A DNA stretch of 64,000 bases from Octopus sinensis (Eukaryota): contig NC_043004.1 of assembly GCF_006345805.1 (NCBI RefSeq), positions 81,096,001 through 81,160,000 of the forward strand. The letters are read 5' to 3'. Shown here piece after piece: positions 63,503 to 64,000 of the stretch. Positions within the stretch are counted from its first letter, which is position 1. Every line of letters starts with the position of its first letter. The position numbers and the translations under genes are program-made. The notes below the pieces were generated by a model, which saw only the letters and a program-made list of their open reading frames with translations, made no database searches and was not told the origin of the DNA.

Positions 63503-64000
63503 CCTATATATATATTTACTTCAAAATACAATCAATGATAAATACTAAAATAATATTTCTTGTTTTTCAAATTGAAACAAAACAGTGTGGTAGAGATTGT
63601 GCTGCCTCCTGCCCTTAACAAGGGAAAGGAAGGCTTGCTTTTTTCTGCGTTGTAGCCATACTGAAAGAAACAGTATGGAAGACGCGTGTGAGAGGCATAG
63701 TGACAGGTACCTTCGTATCCGGCCAGGGGTTGGTTAACTTTTTTAGTTATCACCTCAGTAATAAGATCAGGCTGGAGAAAAGGTACCTGTCACGAAACAG
63801 ATTCATGAGAAGATGGAAGCCTGTGGCGAGGAAGCTGGGAGTGTTTGGCACCAGGTAAGTGGAAGCCAAAAACAGGAAAGAAAAGCAAGGGGTCTACCCT
63901 GTTGGTCGGATGCCTATCCTTCAGAGACGCCATTACAAATTTCATTTGTAATGAACAACGCTTAAGTCAAAAGTTATAAACATATTTATTGAATTATTGT

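Overview
This is an AT-rich, microsatellite-saturated animal window, read as intronic or intergenic DNA. The repeat content (four tRNA-headed SINE families, dense TA/TG/CA/AAT arrays) suggests an Octopus genome; that assignment is inference, not searched. I found no intact host protein-coding gene, and almost all ORFs in the track are microsatellite or SINE read-throughs. Supported content: (1) a near-full-length, frameshifted R4/Dong-type non-LTR retrotransposon (RT + CCHC + REL endonuclease) at 52937-56883 (-), with 3' fragments of at least three related lineages, most of them in (AAT)n; (2) a ~555-bp non-coding element with a fixed 5' end that is also found only at (AAT)n, a candidate non-autonomous partner; (3) dozens of SINE copies, including a 4-unit tandem bracketed by one 16-bp TSD; (4) mariner MITEs, a decayed Tc1/mariner transposase, non-autonomous Helitrons, and pogo/hAT/RTE scraps, often nested. 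The best 'hidden' signals are dispersed hammerhead-ribozyme-like motifs, two of which share a CCGAnGA core and an ACAGCTGT palindromic stem III and have different but correctly pairing stem I arms around a 90-100 nt stem II insert (probably Penelope-like/retrozyme remnants), and a ~35-bp pre-miRNA-like hairpin at 41191-41274. All structures were paired by eye. Coordinates of degenerate repeats are approximate.
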